Source: Eimeria praecox (Eukaryota). Taken from it: a stretch of 64,000 nucleotides of DNA. The stretch is from NCBI GenBank assembly GCA_963920595.1, contig OY986948.1, positions 3,658,001-3,722,000 on the forward strand, in the 5' to 3' direction. Below, piece by piece: positions 24,545-45,190 of this stretch. The position numbers were made by a program, and so were the translations under genes. Position 1 is the stretch's first letter; every line of letters begins with the position of its first letter. Below the pieces are notes generated by a model. That model saw only the letters and a list, made by a program, of their open reading frames with translations. It searched no databases and was not told the DNA's origin.

Positions 24545-25465
24545 TACTGTTTCCTAACTGCTTCCTCTTTGCATGCTATGCATGCACTAATGCCTATAGG
24601 ACTAGCTTCAGCCAAAAGCTTGCTCTCTTGTCAAATTAGTCAGGTAGTTAGATGCATTGCTAACCAAAATAGCCCGTTACACAGCTGGATAGCTAGATAC
24701 CTACCTGGCTAGCTGGTAGATAAAGCAACTAGCCCGCTAGCTAGCTGTTTTATGTGTGCCAGCGTGGACCCCACAGCGTATCCCTCCTCATGGACGTTTT
24801 CGTTTCTCTGTATCAAGGATGGGGGACCATGTCAATTGGAGCGGCAATGTAGATTCGTATGAGTTTGTGCAAAGCAGTCAAGCAACGAGTGCCGGAGGGG
24901 AAGTTCCTGTTACACAGTAGCTGCGTGTTGCTCGCACCTTCGAGCAATGCCGACCACCACGTGTGCAAGATCAACATCTGCAGGCGAGCGTGTCTGCTAC
25001 CCTCGGCAGCTTCCTTGAGCAGAGGTAGAGACGAGCATGGAAAGCAGATTATTGTGTGGGCCAGTACAGAATATAGGCAGCGACGAAGTAGCAAGCGAAG
25101 AAAGCATGCAGCAACATCACAAGCTACACACACAACAACAGCTACAGTAGCAGCAACAATGGCGGTAGCCTAGGTGCGTTGCCTTTTCTTGCCTTCGAGC
25201 AAAATCGATTGCTTCGAGAGACGCGGCCGCCGACAGCCCCACGTTCGAGTCCCGTGGCTGCCTTCCTCCCTCGTTTCAGTGCCTTTCGTATGGATGAAAA
25301 ATCTATTATTTCCCCGATACGAAGGCAGTGCCTGTCTGAGTTGGAAGGATCATTGTTCTACAGCGGCTGCTTGTGGCTGCGTTGCCGGTCTAAGCAGCAA
25401 TCCGCCAGACCGAGAAGAGAATGGTTGCAGAGTGCACGTTGGATGCAGTTGGGTCGGCAGCGGTC

Positions 25466-25538
25466 GCGGGCATGGTCTAGTGGCTATGACGTCTGCCTAA
25501 CACGCAGAAGATCCCGGGTTCGATCCCCGGTGCCCGTA
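25466..25538 (+). tRNA. tRNA-Val(AAC)
   Basis: Same 73-nt sequence. Confidence 0.96.
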
Positions 25539-26459
25539 TGCTGTTTCCTAACTGCTTCCTCTTTGCATGCTATGCATGCACTAATGCCTATAGGACTAGC
25601 TTCAGCCAAAAGCTTGCTCTCTTGTCAAATTAGTCAGGTAGTTAGATGCATTGCTAACCAAAATAGCCCGTTACACAGCTGGATAGCTAGATACCTACCT
25701 GGCTAGCTGGTAGATAAAGCAACTAGCCCGCTAGCTAGCTGTTTTATGTGTGCCAGCGTGGACCCCACAGCGTATCCCTCCTCATGGACGTTTTCGTTTC
25801 TCTGTATCAAGGATGGGGGACCATGTCAATTGGAGCGGCAATGTAGATTCGTATGAGTTTGTGCAAAGCAGTCAAGCAACGACTGCCGGAGGGAAAGTTC
25901 CTGTTACACAGTAGCTGCGTGTTGCTCGCACCTTCGAGCAATGCCGACCACCACGTGTGCAAGATCAGCATCTGCAGGCGAGCGTGTCTGCTACCCTCGG
26001 CAGCTTCCTAGAGCAGAGGTAGAGACGAGCATAGAAAGCAGATTATTGTGTGGGCCAGTACAGAATATAGGCATCGACGAAGTAGCAAGCGAAGAAAGCA
26101 TGCAGCAACATCACAAGCTACACACACAACAACAGCTACAGTAGCAGCAACAATGGCGGTAGCCTAGGTGCGTTGCCTTTTCTTGCCTTCGAGCAAAATC
26201 GATTGCTTCGAGAGACGCGGCCGCCGACAGCCCCACGTTCGAGTCCCGTGGCTGCCTTCCTCCCTCGTTTCAGTGCCTTTCGTATGGATGAAAAATCTAT
26301 TATTTCCCCGATACGAAGGCAGTGCCTGTCTGAGTTGGAAGGATCATTGTTCTACAGCGGCTGCTTGTGGCTGCGTTGCCGGTCTAAGCAGCAATCCGCC
26401 AGACCGAGAAGAGAATGGTTGCAGAGTGCACGTTGGATGCAGTTGGGTCGGCAGCGGTC

Positions 26460-26532
26460 GCGGGCATGGTCTAGTGGCTATGACGTCTGCCTAACACGCA
26501 GAAGATCCCGGGTTCGATCCCCGGTGCCCGTA
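26460..26532 (+). tRNA. tRNA-Val(AAC)
   Basis: Same 73-nt sequence. Confidence 0.96.
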
Positions 26533-27453
26533 TACTGTTTCCTAACTGCTTCCTCTTTGCATGCTATGCATGCACTAATGCCTATAGGACTAGCTTCAGC
26601 CAAAAGCTTGCTCTCTTGTCAAATTAGTCAGGTAGTTAGATGCATTGCTAACCAAAATAGCCCGTTACACAGCTGGATAGCTAGATACCTACCTGGCTAG
26701 CTGGTAGATAAAGCAACTAGCCCGCTAGCTAGCTGTTTTATGTGTGCCAGCGTGGACCCCACAGCGTATCCCTCCTCATGGACGTTTTCGTTTCTCTGTA
26801 TCAAGGATGGGGGACCATGTCAATTGGAGCGGCAATGTAGATTCGTATGAGTTTGTTCAAAGCAGTCAAGCAACGACTGCCGGAGGGGAAGTTCCTGTTA
26901 CACAGTAGCTGCGTGTTGCTCGCACCTTCGAGCAATGCCGACCACCACGTGTGCAAGATCAACATCTGCAGGCGAGCGTGTCTGCTACCCTCGGCAGCTT
27001 CCTAGAGCAGAGGTAGAGACGAGCATAGAAAGCAGATTATTGTGTGGGCCAGTACAGAATATAGGCAGCGACGAAGTAGCAAGCGAAGAAAGCATGCAGC
27101 AACATCACAAGCTACACACACAACAACAGCTACAGTAGCAGCAACAATGGCGGTAGCCTAGGTGCGTTGCCTTTTCTTGCCTTCGAGCAAAATCGATTGC
27201 TTCGAGAGACGCGGCCGCCGACAGCCCCACGTTCGAGTCCCGTGGCTGCCTTCCTCCCTCGTTTCAGTGCCTTTCGTATGGATGAAAAATCTATTATTTC
27301 CCCGATACGAAGGCAGTGCCTGTCTGAGTTGGAAGGATCATTGTTCTACAGCGGCTGCTTGTGGCTGCGTTGCCGGTCTAAGCAGCAATCCGCCAGACCG
27401 AGAAGAGAATGGTTGCAGAGTGCACGTTGGATGCAGTTGGGTCGGCAGCGGTC

Positions 27454-27526
27454 GCGGGCATGGTCTAGTGGCTATGACGTCTGCCTAACACGCAGAAGAT
27501 CCCGGGTTCGATCCCCGGTGCCCGTA
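27454..27526 (+). tRNA. tRNA-Val(AAC)
   Basis: Same 73-nt sequence. Confidence 0.96.
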
Positions 27527-28447
27527 TACTGTTTCCTAACTGCTTCCTCTGTGCATGCTATGCATGCACTAATGCCTATAGGACTAGCTTCAGCCAAAAG
27601 CTTGCTCTCTTGTCAAATTAGTCAGGTAGTTAGATGCATTGCTAACCAAAATAGCCCGTTACACAGCTGGATAGCTAGATACCTACCTGGCTAGCTGGTA
27701 GATAAAGCAACTAGCCCGCTAGCTAGCTGTTTTATGTGTGCCAGCGTGGACCCCACAGCGTATCCCTCCTCATGGACGTTTTCGTTTCTCTGTATCAAGG
27801 ATGGGGGACCATGTCAATTGGAGCGGCAATGTAGATTCGTATGAGTTTGTGCAAAGCAGTCAAGCAACGACTGCCGGAGGGGAAGTTCCTGTTACACAGT
27901 AGCTGCGTGTTGCTCGCACCTTCGAGCAATGCCGACCACCACGTGTGCAAGATCAACATCTGCAGGCGAGCGTGTCTGCTACCCTCGGCAGCTTCCTAGA
28001 GCAGAGGTAGAGACGAGCATAGAAAGCAGATTATTGTGTGGGCCAGTACAGAATATAGGCAGCGACGAAGTAGCAAGCGAAGAAAGCATGCAGCAACATC
28101 ACAAGCTACACACACAACAACAGCTACAGTAGCAGCAACAATGGCGGTAGCCTAGGTGCGTTGCCTTTTCTTGCCTTCGAGCAAAATCGATTGCTTCGAG
28201 AGACGCGGCCGCCGACAGCCCCACGTTCGAGTCCCGTGGCTGCCTTCCTCCCTCGTTTCAGTGCCTTTCGTATGGATGAAAAATCTATTATTTCCCCGAT
28301 ACGAAGGCAGTGCCTGTCTGAGTTGGAAGGATCATTGTTCTACAGCGGCTGCTTGTGGCTGCGTTGCCGGTCTAAGCAGCAATCCGCCAGACCGAGAAGA
28401 GAATGGTTGCAGAGTGCACGTTGGATGCAGTTGGGTCGGCAGCGGTC

Positions 28448-28520
28448 GCGGGCATGGTCTAGTGGCTATGACGTCTGCCTAACACGCAGAAGATCCCGGG
28501 TTCGATCCCCGGTGCCCGTA
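28448..28520 (+). tRNA. tRNA-Val(AAC)
   Basis: Same 73-nt sequence. Confidence 0.96.
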
Positions 28521-29609
28521 TACTGTTTCCTAACTGCTTCCTCTTTGCATGCTATGCATGCACTAATGCCTATAGGACTAGCTTCAGCCAAAAGCTTGCT
28601 CTCTTGTCAAATTAGTCAGGTAGTTAGATGCATTGCTAACCAAAATAGCCCGTTACACAGCTGGATAGCTAGATACCTACCTGGCTAGCTGGTAGACAAA
28701 GCAACTAGCCCGCTAGCTAGCTGTTTTATGTGTGCCAGCGTGGACCCCACAGCGTATCCCTCCTCATGGACGTTTTCGTTTCTCTGTATCAAGGATGGGG
28801 GACCATGTCAATTGGAGCGGCAATGTAGATTCGTATGAGTTTGTGCAAAGCAGTCAAGCAACGAGTGCCGGAGGGGAAGTTCCTGTTACACAGTAGCTGC
28901 GTGTTGCTCGCACCTTCGAGCAATGCCGACCACCACGTGTGCAAGATCAACATCTGCAGGCGAGCGTGTCTGCTACCCTCGGCAGCTTCCTTGAGCAGAG
29001 GTAGAGACGAGCATAGAAAGCAGATTATTGTGTGGGCCAGTACAGAATATAGGCATCGACGAAGTAGCAAGCGAAGAAAGCATGCAGCAACATCACAAGC
29101 TACACACACAACAACAGCTACAGTAGCAGCAACAATGGCGGTAGCCTAGGTGCGTTGCCTTTTCTTGCCTTCAAGCAAAATCGATTGCTTCGAGAGACGC
29201 GGCCGCCGACAGCCCCACGTTCGAGTCCCGTGGCTGCACGGCAAGGCCCGACAGGAAAACTACTAGTAGCAGCCGCAGCCACAAGCGCACCACCAGCTGC
29301 CGCACAGAGGGGAACCGTTGCAGCACCAAACCCTTCAGAATCAGAGGTATTACATCAGATTTGTGCTATTGCCACTACAGCTTTGTGCTTCTGCTGTCGC
29401 AACCCGAGCGGCTGCAGGGCCTCCACTGCATGGTCAAAGAGGCGGCGGTGGTCAGCGCTTGGTCTCCTCTACTTCCGAAACCGATATGTGTAGTTGCGTG
29501 AAGCGATGCACCTGAGACCAACTCGCTGACAAAAATCCTGCATATTTGCTTGTTGTTGCCTGTTGTTGATGCTTTGGCAGCTAAGTTCTGGAAGCTCCAG
29601 CAGCTCCAC

Positions 29610-30900
29610 GCACCCTGGTAGCTTGGTCTTCACGATCCCCATGCACCTTCAGCCGATACTGCATACCCTAGCCAGAATGTCGTTGCACCACAGTGCAGTC
29701 GATTTCAAAGTTGAAGGTGCAACTGCCGGCGGTGTCAGCATGGGGACAAGCCAAGGGCAGCCCAAAGACCATCTGAGGGTGGCGATGGCAGTCTCCAACA
29801 AGTTGGGAGTGATAAACGCTATCGCAGCAGGAGTAGCTGGGCGGCAGCGCTATGCGGTAGGATATTAACCGAATGCGGTGAGTAATGGGGAGGGGCCCGC
29901 GGTATTGGTTACCAGGCTTGGAATACGGATTGAGGGGAAGAATCGCCTACTGTTGACCCAGACGTGACCGCTGATTTTGCACTCGGCTGTGCGGTTCTTG
30001 CTATCTGAATGTACCTTCTGCCACCAGTTAACCAGTTCGACACGGTTTCTCCCCTTTCCGCTAAGCCATTGGAAACCTTTTGTCGTTGGTGGAGTATGAA
30101 TTGGCTCCATGGTCCTGACGAGTTCGAGGTCAGCCGGTGTCACCGTATTTTGACCAGTCAAAACTTCGAAAGGTCTACGCTCATTAGCGTACTGACTACT
30201 GGTATTGCAGAAAACGTTGACAGCAGGCAGAAAGTGCTGTCACTCGTGGCCATCAGCTTGCGTGCTTGCCACGAGGATTTGCTTGGGAGTACGTTTGACC
30301 TATTCAGCCTGTGTAACATGGTATGTGATGATAATACTCATATCCCTTCTTGCTTGCATATTGACTACAAGGGATCAATCGGGAGTTTAGAAATTGTCCA
30401 ATGCACAATGTGCGATACTAGCATATGCACCAAAGACGCGCTGAAAGGGGCGTTGATTGTGCGTGCATGTGGGAGTGTCCTGCGCCATCAGCTGCAGCAA
30501 GATGCATTGCAGCCAATGACAGGCTTGCCCTTGCCCCACCTGCCCAGACCACTGGGCCTTTCTGTACAGGACCCTAGGAGGCTGGTGGAGGGGTCAGCTG
30601 CTTTTGCGAACTCTTAGGCATGTGACCCTATTGCTTATCATGCTCCTCAGTTAACATCGAAGGCTCACTTTACACTGGGGATTCTGCTGAACAGGTCTTC
30701 CAGCACTAATGTGAAGGAAAGAAGATGGCGATAAGAGAAACGTCGTAACAATCGGGCAACGATAGCAGCACCGACAGCAAGGAGGAAGCCGCCATGCAGG
30801 CAGCTCTTCATCAAGACAACTGCAGTTTTATCTAGACCTGCACACATCTATTTCAAGTCTCATTACTGGCCAGACACTGGGAATTCTTCTTCGCTGGCTG
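29610..30900 (-). mobile_element. Old chromovirus relic (RNase H end, integrase core/C-terminus, chromodomain)
   Basis: QAE*VKRT..QIL...HFLPAV...PFEVLTGQNTVTPADLELV..HTPPTTK matches QAERVNRT...RLLPAL...PFGVMIDQNPLTAADLDVV..LTPPMTK. SYRIALPPSYSC...PQM...FEIDCTVVQR...QYRLK..G..EDQA matches AYRVALPPTYTC...PQM...YEVDYIMAQR...QYLVKW.G..EDRA. Confidence 0.85.
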
Positions 30901-31124
30901 TGAACGCGCACGCAGTTGCCCAAGGGCCGGGGCCGCTGTGGACAGGGAAAGGCGTGCCGTCTGCTAATCCAGAGTGGAGAATCAGCCCGTGCTTCTTCTT
31001 CTAAAAATATCCCTTGCAGCTACACCCGGCAGCTGGCAGGGAACAAACGAATACCGGTAAACTCCTCGTTAGTGGACTTGTGATTTAGAACTGGACCCTA
31101 CTGCTCTAACTCAGGGTCTCTACT

Positions 31125-31500
31125 CTGAAGCAGCCAAACGCCAAAGAAGCCCACGCCGTTGTTGTCCGGAAGGATGGTGCTAATGCGGCCTCCAAAAGAC
31201 ACTGCCTAGGTTTGGGTCCTGAACATCAATCGGTGCGTGCTCATCGCAACGCTTGCTCCCCCCTCTACATCACCGGCTGCAAGGAATGAAGCGGCGGGCC
31301 AACTAGGGAGCTAGGCATATCAACGTATGAAACCGAAAGCAAGGAGCAAAGAGGAAGCAGGATACGGGCACCGGGGATCGAACCCGGGATCTTCTGCGTG
31401 TGAAGCAGACGTCATAGCCACTAGACCATGCCCGCGGATGCGGCGGCGCAGGATCTGTAATGGCATTCCTCCGTTTTAACCGACGACCCTCCTGAGTTGC
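31125..31500. repeat. Diverged direct duplication, copy 1 (contains tRNA-Val(CAC))
   Basis: Aligns with 32284-32605, e.g. ccaaaagacactgcctaggtttg and tgaagcggcgggccaactagggagctaggcatatcaacgt. Confidence 0.9.
31363..31435 (-). tRNA. tRNA-Val(CAC)
   Basis: Same body as the AAC gene with anticodon loop TTCACAC. Confidence 0.95.
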
Positions 31501-32283
31501 AGTAAGGGTCAAAAAACTCAAGAATAAAGCTCGCAGGCGGCTCCTCACGTCCCCGCCAGTCTCTCGGCATCCTAGCCCAAGGCACTGAGGTTGGTACGGG
31601 CAGGATACGGCATGTCATGGGTTGCAATGCATATTGCCATAACTACAGCTGCAAAACACCTGCAGATGCAAGCACCAACGAAGTCGCTACGAGGCGGCAA
31701 CGAGGAAATTTTGCCTTATGCACTTACACTGTAAGCAAATGCGAAATACTTCCATATCCCCCAGCCGCAGCCTGTTCGTGAGTTGAGTTGAATACATCGG
31801 CGTCAGGCAGACTCTGCTCTATCTGTGCCCCGTCCACACATAGCAGATACAGATTCCGGCATGTGCCTCTTTGGTCAACAAGGGGCGAGTGCACTGACGG
31901 AGGGCAAGGAGGCCACGGGATCCAAGCATAGAAAGGGATAGATGACAAGAGGAGAAGGGTGGGTGTGAGGATATCCCTCAAGAAGACGTCCTAGGGATCT
32001 TGGCTCCCCTGTTCATCTGAGGGACTTCAGTGACTGGAGTACTGAAACCATTTCAGAAAACGGGAAATATTGTTTTGTTGACCGCTCGACTTTGCGGGAA
32101 GATCTACAGTGTAAGCTGACTCATTGACTAGCGAGCAGATAGCAAAGCCCTCTACCTATGACTTCCTTATTCGGCTACTCGTCTTTGTTCGCTCTCTGCA
32201 TGGTGTGCTACTGTGTGCCGCGACTGACATCAATTCTTCAGGTTGAAGTTGATTGCCGAACGGGATTGTTCGAGGTTTCTATC

Positions 32284-32605
32284 CTGAAGCAGCCAAATGC
32301 CAAAAGACACTGCCTAGGTTTGCGTCCGGAAAATCATTCCGCCCGCGCTTTTCTCAACGCTTGCAGTCCCCTCTACAACACCGGGTGCAAGAAATGAAGC
32401 GGCGGGCCAACTAGGGAGCTAGGCATATCAACGTGTGAAACCGAAAACAAGGAGCAAAGGGGAAGCAGGATACGGGCACCGGGGATCGAACCCGGGATCT
32501 TCTGCGTGTGAAGCAGACGTCATAGCCACTAGACCATGCCCGCGGATGCGGCGGCGGAGGATCTGTAACGACATTCTTCCATTTCAACCGATGACTGCCC
32601 TGACT
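32284..32605. repeat. Diverged direct duplication, copy 2 (contains tRNA-Val(CAC))
   Basis: See copy 1. The two tRNAs are 1108 bp apart. Confidence 0.9.
32471..32543 (-). tRNA. tRNA-Val(CAC)
   Basis: Identical to 31363-31435. Confidence 0.95.
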
Positions 32606-34481
32606 TTCCACAATCTGGATTCTCTCGCAGCCTGCACCTTCTGGTAGGAGCCAAATGAGGTTCATTGAATCTTTTCAAGCACCGGAAGGCTCCGCAAAAT
32701 GACGGCTTTGGGAGTGTTCCGCGAATTCTGCTGCAGATATTCCGGGAAAGAAATGGCATACTAGGAGCAGCCTAGGCCGCCTAAAGGACCTACCCACTTA
32801 TTACACTGTTAATGTATCCCCTTTATGACCCTCTAAAACAAGACCGTACATTTGGCGCAGAATACGCGATGAAAGCGAAGCTGGATCGTATGATTGTCAC
32901 GTCCCAGGCTTTGACTGTCTATGCTGTAGCGCTTAAACCGTTACCCATTACCGACGATAGTTCGAACTGCACCCTCCTGAGCGTCTAAAGGGTAACCAAA
33001 ACGCAACTTAAAATGGTAGTGGTAATTACTGAAGACACGAGCAGCTGGGTAACAGAGGACCTGACCGGGCGGTCAGCACAAGTACCTCAGCGACCGCGTT
33101 GTTGATCCCCTTGATATACTGAGAAATGAAACGAAACGGTACTCCGGAAGCCGGCAAGCACATCGGACCGCTTTTTCATCGCCATATCCAGAAGGGTGCC
33201 TGGTCAGGTAGCGACCGAGGAGCGGTTTGGATAGAAGAGTGTTTGCGAAATAAGTAGTGTCAGCACCTCCAGGCTCCCAACCACACCGCATAGAGCTAAA
33301 CCCCCTCATGCATCAGCTATTTCTGCTCTCTATCCATGGAACACTATGCGCAGCAGACGGTTAGTGTTTCTATCCATCGATGTGCTATAATCCACTGGCA
33401 TCGATTTCAAGGAAGGGCTTGTCGAAGCCAGGGAATGCAGGAACTGGATATTCTGTCAGGTGTCAGATGAGGCTTCTGGCAGCTTTGCTGGTCTCTATTT
33501 TAATATGCAGTTTGCGCTTCTTCGGTACGTTCGTTAGCCTGGCGGAGATACTAGCAAATCGAAGGATAAGGTAGTACGGAACGAGGCTTAGGAACTTCTA
33601 ATCTGTTGTACGTGTGAGTACAAGGGTAGCCACAACTTCCGAACGACTCTATATGCATGGAAACTTGTGCTACTCTTGCTGCTCAGACACGAGGCACTAA
33701 GAAAATATTAATCTGCATGGAAACATGAACAATTTTTTGGTCTTTCAAACCTCGTCTAACGCAATCTTTTCATGCCGCCGGTGAAGCGCGTGCTCTTGCA
33801 CATCCTAGCTGGGCGCATACAATTCATCCGTGCATGGAACCACCCAGTTCACATTGATCGTAACCAAAAAATTGTTGATTAGCCCCTTACCGCTGTTCTT
33901 CAGGTTGATTCACACGCCCAAACAGCATAGAGATACACTCTGCTTTGCGAGTGGTGGCGTGCAGCAGCGTTGCTCCTGTCTTGATGCATTGCAGAACCGC
34001 TGAACCCTGCAAACGGTCTAGTAAGTTGAGGATCCGGGGCATGGGAGGCTTCAGCTTGCTCAGGATTTTTTTGAATTCTTTAAATCTGAAGCTAGCAAGC
34101 GATTCCCTGTCCTTTCTCTTCGCCCGCACTGAATTGTACCTAAGCGGAGGTGCTTAATCGTCTAGCTGTGCCCACAGCTCGGAGGCCCAGCCCATTCCCC
34201 TATTTCTTAGGCTAGTGCATGAGCCTCCTGCTGGCATATGGCCTCTGAGCAAGCAAGTCGGTAAAGCTATGAGCGTTAAAGGCGGCCTAAATTCAGGCGT
34301 TGGCCCTCTTATCCAGACTCGGAGCTTCTATGCAGCATCCGTTTTATGCTCTGTAGTGTAGTCCTTGGCGTGCCGTTGTTGGCCGGAAGGCGGAAGCTCA
34401 TATTACAGAAGATGAGTTTTTTGGCCATTTCGAAAGCCAGTGGTATTAGCGTGTGACAGCAAAAGGGGCAAAACAGCAGCA

Positions 34482-34554
34482 TACGGGCACCGGGGATCGA
34501 ACCCGGGATCTTCTGCGTGTTAGGCAGACGTCATAGCCACTAGACCATGCCCGC
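34482..34554 (-). tRNA. tRNA-Val(AAC), solo copy with unique flanks
   Basis: Same 73-nt sequence, with TTTT ~9 nt downstream (aaaa at 34470-34473) as a likely Pol III terminator. Confidence 0.96.
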
Positions 34555-35729
34555 GGCTGGTTTATACCAGCTCCCTTGCACTTAGCGAGCAAAATCGCCT
34601 GTTCCGGTAGAACCGGCCGTATACGGTAACAAGGCTTCGGGCGGAGATCTAGACAAGATGAAGACTCAGAGCATAAGTGCTATCAGACCCAACCAGCCCA
34701 TTGTCTCATTACTGTAAGCAACCAAAGAAAGCCACCGCTTATTCGAAATAATAATCTGCACACAACTACCGCCAACCAGCCATATTCTGCTTCTTCTTGG
34801 TTTTCAATGCCCAACCCAGCGGCTTCCCCTGTCTACTGACAGGTTTTATGATCCCGTAAAATGCTCCAAGTACCGATAGGTTGTGTCATTCTGATTTCCC
34901 CGCTACCTATGTTAATACGCCCCATCTTAATTGCCGTTTGCGTCAACATGAGCCCGCTTTCATTCTTACCAGTTTGGTTTTTCTTCGTGTTGTTCCCTCG
35001 CCTAAACCCTCCCGTATGATCGCTAATGTCGAACGCATTCGCCCGGCGTGGTTTATCCCCGGCAGCCTCCCTCTTATATGGTGTACTGCATCTGCGTCGT
35101 TGCATATGCGTCGCCTTTACCATTTGGAGAAGAAGTGTGCTCTCCGTGCAGTGCACTCCGGCACAGCGACCAGTTCAGGATGTCACCAAAAGAGGCGCCG
35201 CAGTTCGGAAGCCTCGCTAAGTCTGTCTTTGTGTGCTAAGGCATACTCCGCTACCACTCATGCAGTTACCCTAGGCTTGCTTTGGCCCTGCTCCTACCAA
35301 GGTGTTTCCACCGGATTTCAAGAATTGCCCTTCCGGGTTGGGCATTTAGTACTGCCAAGGGCTTTGATGAAGGTGAAACTGACCTTCAAGACTTGATTGG
35401 CACAAACGCTAACTCAAGTTGGGTCTACCTACGAGCTGCCACCTGAGCCCGAGGAAAGCCACCGCCACAGCACGTTCTTCCGCACTTGGGGTAGCGTGTA
35501 GCACGCAAGACCGGAAAACCAGTTCAATTTCTATGCTTGTTCTTACGCGTTAGGACCGTTAAGGCCTCCGCCGCAAGTGCCTGAGGGTGAAGTTACGCTA
35601 AACACTCCTTGAATTGCATACTGCTTTCGCATTAGGATTCAGATCGGAGCCAAAAGGAGGGAACAAACAAACATGCATCCGGAGGCTACCAACCAGGTCC
35701 AAAGAAGGACGCAGAATTTTCAGAAATGC

Positions 35730-44856
<9,127 letters not shown>

Positions 44857-44946
44857 AAGCGCATTATTGAATTTCAATTCAACAAAATAAAATATAAAAT
44901 TAAAAATATACTGTGATAATCAAAACCTTCAGAATCGAGGGGGGGG

Positions 44947-44999
44947 GGGGGCCCCCCTAAGGGGGGGCCCCCAGGGGGCCCCCCCTTAGGGGGGCCCCC
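44947..44999. repeat. Perfect 53-bp GC palindrome (26-bp arms, 1-nt spacer)
   Basis: G5 C6 TAA G7 C5 [A] G5 C7 TTA G6 C5. Confidence 0.9.
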
Positions 45000-45153
45000 A
45001 TGTGAGGCACAGGCAGGCCTTGGGGGCCTCCAAGGGGGAAGGGGGGGGCGGGGGGCCCCCCCAGCGGCAGGTATACTGCAGCGGCGGTGGAACACAGAAA
45101 ATGAATTGTTTTGTATTATATAAGAACGACACAAACATAGAAAATTCTGCTGC

Positions 45154-45190
<37 letters not shown>

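Larger units (their letters stand above)
19932..29237 (+). repeat. Right tandem array of the 994-bp tRNA-Val-containing unit (~9.4 units)
   Basis: tRNA starts at 20496 + n*994 for n=0..8. It is the reverse complement of the left array with fixed differences and ends at ...cccgtggctgc (29237). Confidence 0.97.

Noticed and set aside
8410..29149. Recurrent 60-175 aa ORFs in the 994-bp units (e.g. ...RAWSSGYDVCLTRRRSRVRSPVP)
   Set aside because: They are translations across the tRNA gene and spacer. Stops vary among copies and no domain is recognisable.
8496..29237. CRISPR-like or retron-like interpretation of a repeat array next to a reverse transcriptase
   Set aside because: The spacers are near-identical rather than unique, the context is eukaryotic, and the RT is a broken Gypsy RT with integrase and chromodomain.
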